A stretch of 64,000 bases of DNA from a virus. Below the pieces are notes generated by a model. That model was not told where the DNA came from. It saw only the letters and a list, made by a program, of their open reading frames with translations, and did not search any database. The position numbers and the translations under genes were made by a program. Every line of letters begins with the position of its first letter. Position 1 is the first letter of the stretch. Of this stretch, positions 55,302 to 64,000 are shown one piece after another. The stretch lies in the IMG/VR virus record IMGVR_UViG_3300036766_000359, positions 128,973-192,972 of that record; one strand, 5' to 3'.

Positions 55302-56870
55302 ATGACTGAACGAAATGCTTGTCGCAATTGTGGTATTATAAAGGCAGACGGGCGGTGTCCATCATGCATCGTCACGGCTGTGCTTATGGAGATCGTGAAA
55401 CCCACATCAGAAAACTGGGACGATTTCGGAGATCAACTTCGCGGTCTTCGAAGTCTCACTCATCGAATGCTTAATGCTGCGATGATTGGCCTTGTGTCTG
55501 ATCTTCACAATCGGGAAAGTAAGAAGGATTGTGCCGGTTTCACCGATTTAAGTTTTTGGCGAGAAGTTGATCTCCATAATCGTGACACAAGTCAGGATAT
55601 TGACTCAGGTCAGAGCACTTATAAGCATATTAATGCTGAACTCAGATCCTATTCTGCTTGGTGCGCTGGTCAACGTCAACAGAAACAAGAGGCTTTGGAT
55701 TCTAGTCAACTGGCATTATTGAAAGCTCGGCCAGGTAAAAATAAGGAAAAGTTGACTGCGGACGTCACTCGTTTTGACAACGAGGTGAAAAGACTTGCTT
55801 CCCGTGAAAACTTGGCGTCTACCATGTCGATGAGCATGGTTGCCTGCCTCGGCAAAACAGCTGACGATAAATTCAGACAGTGGCTAAAAGTTCGGATCGA
55901 AGAACGTCTTCCCATGTATAAGAAGAAGTCTCCGATCATGCTTAATAATATGGACGTCAGGATTCAACTTATTGATAAGTCATCCGTTCAAATGAGTTTG
56001 AAGCTCCGTAGTAAGGGTACAACTCATGTTATTGCATTACCCGTGAGTGGGTCAGCATGGCAAGCGATGCGCTTGGTTGCGTCAGGTGCGGCCAAACATG
56101 GAGCCGGTAAAATCACTTACGACGAAGCTAAGAAGAAATGGTTTCTACGTTTGACGATCATCCGTCCACGTCCACAACGTCCACCCATGAACTCCGATGT
56201 GGTTTTAGCGGTAAATCGTGGTCGCAACAATTTCTTATATGCAATTTCTAATGACGGGCGTACTTCCCGGGTCATATGGCCTGGTAATGATATTCTTCAG
56301 TTCAAAAAGAGCATCCGGGCTCGAACACTGGACCTGAAACGGATGCGTCACCATCGTGGCAGTGGTGCTCATGGACACGGACGTGATCGATTTTTCGCGT
56401 CTGAAACCAGACTCAAAGACTACGAAATAAATTTCGTTAGAACTCTTTGCCAAAGAGCTGCGGCTGCACTGGATCAGCAAGCTCGAGAAATTGGTGCCGG
56501 GACTATAGTCATCGAAGACTTTAACACAATTGATTCAGAAGACCTTCGTTATGTTATGAGTTGGCCATGGTATCAACTCAAACAGGCAATCGCCTGGATG
56601 TGTGAGAAAACTGGTCGTACACTCGTTGAAGTGCCTAGTGAGTATATCAGTTCTGAGTGCCCGAATTGCGGGAATCGGGATGTTAGCCAAGTTAATCATC
56701 TTGGAATATTTCATTGTAAAGGGCACTGCACTGGATATAAGAATGGGTTCAGTCGCGAATCAGATTTCGTGGCTTGTTATACAATGTTGCGACGATCCAA
56801 TGTTGATATGTCAGGTTGGGATCGTTACTTCAAAATTACGGATAAAATCTCAGCAGAAGCAGCAGAATAA
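55302..56870 (+). CDS. TnpB/Cas12f-like type V effector, RuvC-I Asp replaced by Asn (putative nuclease-dead)
   Basis: VLAVNRG (N305), IVIEDF (E405), CPNCG...C...C Zn finger, RESDF.AC (D488); WED-like KKWFLRLTI; adjacent CRISPR array. Confidence 0.85.
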   Translation: MTERNACRNCGIIKADGRCPSCIVTAVLMEIVKPTSENWDDFGDQLRGLRSLTHRMLNAAMIGLVSDLHNRESKKDCAGFTDLSFWREVDLHNRDTSQDIDSGQSTYKHINAELRSYSAWCAGQRQQKQEALDSSQLALLKARPGKNKEKLTADVTRFDNEVKRLASRENLASTMSMSMVACLGKTADDKFRQWLKVRIEERLPMYKKKSPIMLNNMDVRIQLIDKSSVQMSLKLRSKGTTHVIALPVSGSAWQAMRLVASGAAKHGAGKITYDEAKKKWFLRLTIIRPRPQRPPMNSDVVLAVNRGRNNFLYAISNDGRTSRVIWPGNDILQFKKSIRARTLDLKRMRHHRGSGAHGHGRDRFFASETRLKDYEINFVRTLCQRAAAALDQQAREIGAGTIVIEDFNTIDSEDLRYVMSWPWYQLKQAIAWMCEKTGRTLVEVPSEYISSECPNCGNRDVSQVNHLGIFHCKGHCTGYKNGFSRESDFVACYTMLRRSNVDMSGWDRYFKITDKISAEAAE

Positions 56871-56877
56871 AGGTAAT

Positions 56878-57471
56878 ATGAAAACAAACACTGAAATTAG
56901 TCAAAAAGATACTCAACTACTCAACAAGATCGTCATTGATCTTCAGCGAGTCAAAAACCTTAATGACAAGGCGGATATCGAGTTTTTTCTGAAACTACGT
57001 GATATATCGATTAAGCATAAGGAGTTAATTGAACGCGGGCATGGATCTGTGTTCAGTTTTTTCAGCTCAAAGGGCCTGAGTCCCGCCCCTCAGTTCAAGA
57101 GCTTCTTGAGGGGTCTCTCCTTCATTGATGATCCGACAGCCAAGAAAGTAGGTCTATCGGTAGTCATGGCATTGGCTAAGACTCAGCATAAAAAACAAGT
57201 TCATGAAGTCGTGCGCTTGGCACTCGAGCATTTCAGTGCTCACTCAGTTCAACCGAACGATCGCCAAGCAAAAGCGATCATGATGACGGCTGGAGCCCGA
57301 GAAATCATTGCGCGGGGACCAACGATCGCGTCTCAACTTCAGCGACGCATCAGTCAGCTTGAAGCTGAAAATGAACAACTTCGCGCGGATCTCAGATCTG
57401 AGCGTCGTCTTAAGGTTCAGTTTGAGCGTCGTCTTGCTCAGTATGAAAAGTCCGGCAAACGCGCTGCATGA
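56878..57471 (+). CDS. unknown 197-aa protein between effector and array; C-terminal coiled coil
   Basis: starts 7 nt after effector stop with AAGG RBS. Confidence 0.7.
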   Translation: MKTNTEISQKDTQLLNKIVIDLQRVKNLNDKADIEFFLKLRDISIKHKELIERGHGSVFSFFSSKGLSPAPQFKSFLRGLSFIDDPTAKKVGLSVVMALAKTQHKKQVHEVVRLALEHFSAHSVQPNDRQAKAIMMTAGAREIIARGPTIASQLQRRISQLEAENEQLRADLRSERRLKVQFERRLAQYEKSGKRAA

Positions 57472-57661
57472 TGCGAGAGACTCTACGGCACTTCATATGC
57501 CGTAATCGCTCGCACGTTTGAAGTTCTTTGACATTTTAATAATCAGGCTATGAAACCTCATAAACCGGTGGAGACGGTTTATGAGGTTCAGAATTTCAGT
57601 TGAACTGAAACCGTGAAACAGCGTGATTGTAAGTTTGAAATCGAAGTGTACTGATGGCACT

Positions 57662-58781
57662 GTCGAAATCGAGATCAGAACAGGATGAAATTGGAGCAAA
57701 ACGATTGGCCACATTTAATTGGACTAACGACCAAGTCGAAATCGAGATCAGAACAGGATGAAATTGGAGCAGGGCATGGTTTTTCATACCTATACTTTTT
57801 AAGTCGAAATCGAGATCAGAACAGGATGAAATTGGAGCGACGGACGACAGGGGTAGTGAGGCCCAACGGGATATCAGTCGAAATCGAGATCAGAACAGGA
57901 TGAAATTGGAGCCGCTGCCAACCATCTATCAAATCTCACGACTTCTAGGAGCGTCGAAATCGAGATCAGAACAGGATGAAATTGGAGCAGCCACTTGTTC
58001 CGAGCAACCAAATAATGGGTCCCGACGTCGAAATCGAGATCAGAACAGGATGAAATTGGAGCGCTTTGCGGAGCAGACCGTCGCGGTGGGCGCGGTGATG
58101 TCGAAATCGAGATCAGAACAGGATGAAATTGGAGCCTCGTCGGGGTGGTCAACCACTCCACGCGCGATCGCATCGGGATCAGAACAGGATGAAATTGGAG
58201 CAGGCAGTCGCTCATGAGTTCGTCGATTGTGCGCCCAGTCGAAATCGAGATCTCACCACAGCGATAGCCAGGTCGAAATCGAGATCAGAACAGGATGAAA
58301 TTGGAGCTCGTAGACAGCCTGGAGCCCGTGTCGAAATCGAGATCAGAACAGGATGAAATTGGAGCAGGCGTCTGCCAAGGAACGTCGGAATCGAGATTAA
58401 AACAGGATGAAATTGGAGCAACCGCGTGTCCAATGGCTGTGACCGCAGGTCGGAGGGTCGAAATCGAGATCATAACAGGATGAAATTGGAGCCTGCGCGA
58501 GCAAACGCCAGTCCTTGGTGACGACAAAGGTTGAAGTCAAGATAATAACATAATGAAATTGGAGCGCCTTGTTGATGGTTAGGTCGATTGGATCGGCCTG
58601 CGTCGAAATCGAGATCAGAACAGGATGAAATTGGAGCATACAGTGGCGCGTCATCGCCCCAATGCTGCTCGTCGTCGAAATCAAGATCAGAACAGGATGA
58701 AATTGGAGCTAGTGCTGAGAGAATCGTTGGCGGATCAGATGAGCTGTTGAAATCGAGATCAGAACAGGATGAAATTGGAGC
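57662..58781 (+). CRISPR. CRISPR array, 17 repeats (one truncated), 16 spacers of 18-40 nt
   Basis: 36-nt repeat GTCGAAATCGAGATCAGAACAGGATGAAATTGGAGC; degenerate copies accumulate on the right, so leader is on the left. Confidence 0.97.
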
Positions 58782-59034
58782 GTCGTCATGATGTCGCCTA
58801 GTATGAAGGTAAAAATATGAAACTGTTATAACGGTTCTGATGTTGGTTTGCGGGATGTGGCTATACGACGTCTGCGCCCACACTTTGTTTGGTATACGCA
58901 CCGAAATTAGAGTTCAGGCGCAATCAAGCGGAACCGACTACCGACAGACCGTTGCTTTGGAGCGTATTGCTGCCGCGCTCGAACGAATTGAACACAAAAT
59001 TCATTAGTAGTGTCGAAGAAAATGAGGTATACTG

Positions 59035-59328
59035 ATGGTTTCTCATGAGGCTCTTTGTGAGTTCATTACGATATTAGGGAAAGCCCCTGACAGTCAGTTG
59101 GACTTATCACTGAGTAAGTCTTGTCGCGAGTTCTCGGTACCGTCCGATGACCCCGTAGTGTTCCTAAGGAACCTGCGAGATATGGTGGTTCACATCGGTG
59201 GCGGTTCGTTGGTAATAATGCAGTCACTCAACGCATTGTTATCTGACTATCCAGAGCTGCCCGCTGATACTGATCGTAGAATTGCCATGCTGGAAAAGAA
59301 CGAAACTACTGCCCATAAACCTCATTAA
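59035..59328 (+). CDS. hypothetical protein
   Basis: GAGG RBS. Confidence 0.55.
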   Translation: MVSHEALCEFITILGKAPDSQLDLSLSKSCREFSVPSDDPVVFLRNLRDMVVHIGGGSLVIMQSLNALLSDYPELPADTDRRIAMLEKNETTAHKPH

Positions 59329-59342
59329 ATTAGTCTGGTTTA

Positions 59343-59921
59343 ATGACAAAAGGCATAAAAGAAAAATTCAATGTGGAAATATTTCCTGATTTCCACCAAA
59401 AGAAAATAATTGACTCCGTTATGTTTGAGGCATCAAATTTATACGAATCCGTAGAGAAGGAACTTGCTCGTCAGCAGAATTCAACATTGGGGTTTTCTTC
59501 ACAAGAAGAAATCATCGATGTTATTTTCAATAAAGAATTGTTTGACTTCAATCAATTAGACGATATCGGAGTAGTATCCATAGCGAAAGCAGCCTACATG
59601 AATTTCCTTGAGAAGTATTCTGCTTCTGGGGGTGGTTATGTAGAATGGGTTCACCGAAGAAGAAGAAAAACTCAAGAAATAGAGATATCTCTGCACGATA
59701 TTTCATTCTCACAAACCAGTGGAGTGGTTACAGCCCCTTACGTTGGCCTTGTTAGGTATAAGAATAATGGCAAAGTTTTGACCAGTCTTTTCAATCCTGA
59801 AGGAAAAACACGAGTTTTTTTAACCAGGAAAAGTTCCATGTATTGTTTTCTGATTGATCGTACTGATGAAGAACGTTCGTTAATGTACCCGTCTTCTGGT
59901 AAGAAACGTTCAATTCTTTAG
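59343..59921 (+). CDS. possible truncated TnpB-like protein (N-terminal half only, no RuvC)
   Basis: F.VEIFPD.HQ...I......LY start and APYVGLVRY...KTRVFLTRK..MY resemble IS605 OrfB N-terminal/WED segments. Confidence 0.35.
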   Translation: MTKGIKEKFNVEIFPDFHQKKIIDSVMFEASNLYESVEKELARQQNSTLGFSSQEEIIDVIFNKELFDFNQLDDIGVVSIAKAAYMNFLEKYSASGGGYVEWVHRRRRKTQEIEISLHDISFSQTSGVVTAPYVGLVRYKNNGKVLTSLFNPEGKTRVFLTRKSSMYCFLIDRTDEERSLMYPSSGKKRSIL

Positions 59922-59932
59922 AGAACGAATGC

Positions 59933-60460
59933 ATGGTAAAGAACTTTAATCCTGAACGAGTATCACGTGTTATTTTTGCCGAAATGTCGATGCATTTGAC
60001 GAAAGTTCAAAATAACATTATGACAAAGTCAGAAATAGACGCGTCTCGTGAAGTTATCGTTTCTTTCTTGAGACGCCTGCAAGATGGAGGAGATATTCCA
60101 GAAGACGTGAATGTTAATTACGTTCATTCGTATGTTCATGAGAATGACCGAAGCACAATTGACATTAAGTTACCAGTCAGACTTCGTCTTTACATTCAGG
60201 ATGGGGCTGAGAGTGTTCTTACCGCACGATTCCAACATGACTGTTCTCAGTGTTCTTTTTTAGGTCATGGTCTCGATTGTGACTTATACCACTGTTGTAA
60301 AAACAAAAATCTGCCAACAGTGATAGCTCGACATTCTTCGTTACCAAATGACTATGAATCCGGCATTTCTGTAGCTCGACTCCTGCCCGTAACCGAACCT
60401 CTCGGTTTGGCGTTTGCGTTAGCCTTAGAATGGAAAACTAAACTTGCAGGTTTGGACTAA
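59933..60460 (+). CDS. hypothetical protein
   Basis: FQHDCSQCSFLG...DLYHC...TVIARHS...DYESG. Confidence 0.6.
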   Translation: MVKNFNPERVSRVIFAEMSMHLTKVQNNIMTKSEIDASREVIVSFLRRLQDGGDIPEDVNVNYVHSYVHENDRSTIDIKLPVRLRLYIQDGAESVLTARFQHDCSQCSFLGHGLDCDLYHCCKNKNLPTVIARHSSLPNDYESGISVARLLPVTEPLGLAFALALEWKTKLAGLD

Positions 60461-60658
60461 TATGGACATGCCGAACGTAAAAGAACTTATGACCTATGCC
60501 AGTGTAGGTGCTATTGAAATTATTACGTTTGGTCAAGAAGGTGATAGTTTTGCTCGTTGTCATGACATTATAAATACTGAAGACGGAGAATTTCGTATAA
60601 TCAGAAAAGTATCTCTAATTTCACAATTGTCTTTCATTACCACTAATATTGACGTAAA

Positions 60659-60880
60659 ATGATGAATATAAAAGGATCTTGGAAATCTGTTAGTCACAAC
60701 GCAAACCATTTCGTTCTTGATGGCGAAGCAACGAGTTTTTGTGGACTTGTTACGCTTAACGTTATCGCAGATCAGAAATGGGAACCTCCCGGTGATGAAT
60801 TCCACACGTGTGGAAAATGCGTGACGATGGGAGCTGTACCGAAAACGGAATGCCAGTGTTTAGCGTGTAAGCAAACTTGA
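60659..60880 (+). CDS. small Cys/His-rich protein
   Basis: H...FCG...CGKC. Confidence 0.5.
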   Translation: MMNIKGSWKSVSHNANHFVLDGEATSFCGLVTLNVIADQKWEPPGDEFHTCGKCVTMGAVPKTECQCLACKQT

Positions 60881-61290
60881 CATATTCATACATAATTTCC
60901 AAAACCAGTGCCGGTCTTATTGCTGTCGTCCAAGATGGTACCTGTGGACGAATACTTAACCCTAGATTTGATCTCGTCCGTCATTCTTTTAACGGAGGAT
61001 TCGGATTCGGATTTGAATTCGGGTATTCTAGTCCAGAGCTTTTGCAATTATCATTAGCTATATTGTGTCATCATTTCGAAGATGATGAGAACGCGCATTT
61101 ATTTGATTCATTCATTGATTCACCTAAAGGGATGAGAGTCAATGAATCTTTACCGATTTTTCTTCATAAGGAATATGAGTCTAAGGTTATTTTAAACATT
61201 CCCATTAATGTGAACAAATGGGAAACAACATCTGACCTGATTAATTATTTTGCGATTAATCTGTTGATGCCAAAACAAATAAGTGCTTAA
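60877..61290 (+). CDS. DUF6166-like protein
   Basis: PRFDLVRHS...FEFGY...QLSLAIL. Confidence 0.5.
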   Translation: MTYSYIISKTSAGLIAVVQDGTCGRILNPRFDLVRHSFNGGFGFGFEFGYSSPELLQLSLAILCHHFEDDENAHLFDSFIDSPKGMRVNESLPIFLHKEYESKVILNIPINVNKWETTSDLINYFAINLLMPKQISA

Positions 61291-61298
61291 CTTCAACG

Positions 61299-61865
61299 TT
61301 ATGCGACACCGAGTGCTATAGCAACCATGTCTGCGATACCGTCAAGTCCGTTATCTGACGGATCACCGACGAATCCTGATGGCTGAATGTGCCATTTTGA
61401 GAAATATTCTTTCAAGACGTCATCCGTTCCATCGATAAGTGGTATCCCCATGGCCTGAGCTTTCATTTGAAATACAAGATGAGTTGAGTCAAGGTCGTCT
61501 ATCAGTACGAAGTTGTTTTCTCCCCTTCCAACTTTTCCAATCAGACTTTCGCGAGGAAAAATCTCATCAACATCAAATCCGAAAGCTTCGGATATCGTGT
61601 TAGCATATTCAGACACTGAATGAGTAAGAAGATAAATTGGACCGAAATTAAAACCCCGTAACGATTTTAACAATTCAATCGCTCCGGGTCTAAGCATCAC
61701 TCCATATTTCCCGATTTGCAACTTTTCACCGGGATAATTGGTGAAAGCCATCACGGATGCTCGGTCGTCTAACATAACAGTATGAATGAGTGTCTCGTCT
61801 AAATCAACATAGACACACGTTCCTATGCTCATTGCTACTCTCGCCGCTATCTTGATGAAATTCAT
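61299..61865 (-). CDS. HAD-family phosphatase, FCP1/NIF-like
   Basis: [11 protein letters not shown] (DxDxT), LRPGA..LL, YLLTHS...YA, LIDD. Confidence 0.75.
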   Translation of the reverse strand: MNFIKIAARVAMSIGTCVYVDLDETLIHTVMLDDRASVMAFTNYPGEKLQIGKYGVMLRPGAIELLKSLRGFNFGPIYLLTHSVSEYANTISEAFGFDVDEIFPRESLIGKVGRGENNFVLIDDLDSTHLVFQMKAQAMGIPLIDGTDDVLKEYFSKWHIQPSGFVGDPSDNGLDGIADMVAIALGVA

Positions 61866-63451
61866 ACCGGTGGAACGGATGAATATTGAACAGTTTGATC
61901 AGACGTGTTGTTCATATTGATCGTGTAGTATCTGAAGTTAATTCCGTTCGTAGTAAACTTAATCACTAACTTTCCGGAGAGCGTCAAATACATCGCCATC
62001 TGACCAGCACCCGGATTCGTTGGAGGTCCGAAAGACGGATTCATGGCGATCGTGGACAACGACCTGAAGTTGGACGCTGATAGATAACCGAACTCGTCAA
62101 AGAAGAACCCGAAACCGTTGGACATCGTCCAGCGCATCGTCTTTCCTGACTGGTCATCTATCTCGAGCCCGGTCACACCGTCGCCATTGTACTGCATTTT
62201 TAGACCGGCTAGCGGTGACTCACCACCAACCTGTCCATCTCGAGTCCAGTGCACTCCTCCGTTATGGATTCGAAGTGACATTCCTGAATAAACATTCGGG
62301 TGTCCAATGCCAATTTGTCCGAATATTCCGTCCGAAGGGGTGTTTCCAGAATAACACCAAATGTAGCGTGGCCCAGCAGTCGGGATACCAACCGCGTAAT
62401 CGAACACTGCGGCTTGTCCAGTTATCGGACCCGTCATTCCGGTTGGGGCATATAAGATAGCAGCCGGGTTAGCAGGCCCGATTTGTCCAGTTGGTCCTAC
62501 GGGTCCAGTTGGTCCTGCTGCCCCGGTGGCTCCTCGTACACCAGTCGGTCCTTGTATGCCGGTGGCTCCCGGTGGTCCTCCTGCGGGTCCTGTCGGACCA
62601 ATCGGCCCCTGAAGTCCTCCTGCGGGCCCTGTCGGCCCCCGGGGCCCTGTCGGCCCTTGGGGCCCTGTCGGCCCTACTTGCCCGGTGAACCCGACCCCTG
62701 TGGCTCCTTTTGGTCCTGTTGGACCCGTCGAGCCTTTTGGTCCTGTTGGACCCGTAGGACCTAAAGGACCCGTAGGACCTAACGGCCCTCCTAATGGTCC
62801 TGTAGCCCCCGTGGCTCCTATCGGACCCGTGGGGCCCGTTGGTCCTTGAGGTCCCGTGGCTCCTGTGGCTCCTTGAGGTCCCGGTGGCCCTCCTAACGGT
62901 CCTGTGGCTCCCGTTACGCCCTGGGGTCCTTGAATGCCCTGTGCTCCCGTTACTCCGGGAAAACCAATCGGGCCGTTAGGTCCTGTCGGTCCAAGCCCTC
63001 CCGTTGGTCCTTGCTGTCCGACGGGACCGGTTGAGCCTTGCGGACCGATTAACCCGACGGTTCCTGCTGGTCCAACCGTTCCTGCTGGTCCAACCGTTCC
63101 TGTTGGTCCAATGGGTCCTGGAATGAGAATAGTTCCTGAAGCTCCTCCCGTAAGAAGGACTGCGGAGTTCACATGAGCAAGATCGACCGGTAATCCTTTT
63201 AGAAGAAGTGTTATGTAAAACGTGAAGCTTTGTCTTAGGCCCTCAGCACGTGCATCAATTAATGCAAGTGACCCTATTTCGTATAACTCCGGGTTCAGTC
63301 CTACGGCTTCAGCGAGTTGGTTGTATATGGTTGGTTGTGCGAAAACTAGTGTAGGGCTACTGATGCCCTCATCAGTTATCATTTCCGCAACAACCCGATA
63401 GACGTCCGGGATGTCTTGTACGACTTTTTGAACAACGACTGATGTGGACAT
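61862..63451 (-). CDS. collagen-like (Gly-X-Y) protein, probable virion fibre
   Basis: more than 200 aa of GPTG/GATG/GPQG triplets between globular ends. Confidence 0.85.
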   Translation of the reverse strand: MSTSVVVQKVVQDIPDVYRVVAEMITDEGISSPTLVFAQPTIYNQLAEAVGLNPELYEIGSLALIDARAEGLRQSFTFYITLLLKGLPVDLAHVNSAVLLTGGASGTILIPGPIGPTGTVGPAGTVGPAGTVGLIGPQGSTGPVGQQGPTGGLGPTGPNGPIGFPGVTGAQGIQGPQGVTGATGPLGGPPGPQGATGATGPQGPTGPTGPIGATGATGPLGGPLGPTGPLGPTGPTGPKGSTGPTGPKGATGVGFTGQVGPTGPQGPTGPRGPTGPAGGLQGPIGPTGPAGGPPGATGIQGPTGVRGATGAAGPTGPVGPTGQIGPANPAAILYAPTGMTGPITGQAAVFDYAVGIPTAGPRYIWCYSGNTPSDGIFGQIGIGHPNVYSGMSLRIHNGGVHWTRDGQVGGESPLAGLKMQYNGDGVTGLEIDDQSGKTMRWTMSNGFGFFFDEFGYLSASNFRSLSTIAMNPSFGPPTNPGAGQMAMYLTLSGKLVIKFTTNGINFRYYTINMNNTSDQTVQYSSVPPV

Positions 63452-63526
63452 ATCGCCAAGACTGGCGATAGAAAGCTGAGACTAAAGTACCATGTTCGCC
63501 TAACCTATGCCGTACCGACAAGGCTC

Positions 63527-64000
63527 TTACTTGGTGGTTCGCACGGCCCCGCGCTCTAGCAGCAAGTTGAACACCTTGCTGTTCACAGCCTCTTGAACAT
63601 CGGTGTTGTAGGTCGGTATGGGAACCCCGTAGAGGTGCAAATACTTCATCCGCTTGACGATGTAGTCCTGTGGGAACGCCATGAAAGCTTCCGCGATCAT
63701 GGGCACCGAGATACCCAACCCGCGATGCGACTCGGCGATGAAAGCCCGGAACGGGGCATCTTGAGCGACTTCAAGATCACCATCAAAGACCACCACCAGC
63801 GGTCCACCAAGAAGCGTCTTGGCTTTGGCAATCTGGAACCGCCCTTCCATGAACGGACGCTTCTCCTCGATGTGGTAGGCGGGCAGCATGTTCTCGGGCA
63901 CACCGCCACCGCGCTTAGAGGTTCCCATAAGGCCCTCTGCGGTGGCGTAGTACGGGTGCTCAACCACACCCGCCAAGACCCAACGATAGGGTTCCGTCAT
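63527..64000 (-). CDS. partial ORF (5' end outside window), possible GNAT-like motif
   Basis: FIAESHRGLGIS resembles the acetyl-CoA binding loop. Confidence 0.4.
   Translation of the reverse strand: MTEPYRWVLAGVVEHPYYATAEGLMGTSKRGGGVPENMLPAYHIEEKRPFMEGRFQIAKAKTLLGGPLVVVFDGDLEVAQDAPFRAFIAESHRGLGISVPMIAEAFMAFPQDYIVKRMKYLHLYGVPIPTYNTDVQEAVNSKVFNLLLERGAVRTTK

Noticed and set aside
55302-56870. Ordinary IS200/IS605 TnpB transposon
   Set aside because: No tnpA or IS ends seen; it has a CRISPR array and anti-repeat RNA instead, and RuvC-I is substituted.
57698-57707. Spacer 1 10-nt match (AAAACGATTG) to 20811-20820
   Set aside because: Too short; expected by chance.
57493-58901. Many short ORFs on both strands across the CRISPR array
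   Set aside because: They are translations of the 36-nt repeat (SKSRSEQDEIGA, LQFHPVLISIS), not genes.
60800-60815. 16-bp palindrome TTCCACACGTGTGGAA as a second parS
   Set aside because: Does not match parS spacing, lies inside a coding region, single occurrence.
1-64000. Genome-wide stop-codon reassignment
   Set aside because: Long recognisable genes are intact in code 11, and TAA, TAG and TGA all terminate genes; only one isolated in-frame stop was noticed.

Overview
The window looks like 64 kb of a large (jumbo-type) bacteriophage genome. It is densely packed with mostly small hypothetical ORFs and has no rRNA or chromosomal housekeeping operon. Recognisable genes include a MoxR-type AAA+ ATPase with a partner DUF2201/VWA protein, a SWIM-fused ATP-dependent DNA ligase, a stand-alone BRCT protein, two HNH endonucleases, tRNA-CAT (probably Ile2), a ParB-like protein, Pth2, a DEDDh exonuclease, a DHH phosphoesterase, purB, an FCP1/NIF-type HAD phosphatase and a collagen-like fibre. 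Three patterns stand out. (1) A compact type V locus at 55.1-58.8 kb: candidate tracrRNA, a 522-aa TnpB/Cas12f-like protein whose RuvC-I catalytic Asp is replaced by Asn, an unknown 197-aa ORF, and a 17-repeat CRISPR array, with no cas1/cas2 in the window. (2) At least 35 otherwise unrelated small proteins end in the same C-terminal motif, (V/I/A)-x-x-(V/I)-(M/H/T)-x-S-stop. (3) About 30 copies of a fixed-spacing, ECF-sigma-like promoter motif (GNARRY-N14-NGTAY) lie upstream of genes in the first 35.6 kb. A perfect parS palindrome sits at 883-898. All family assignments are by motif recognition only; no database searches were run.
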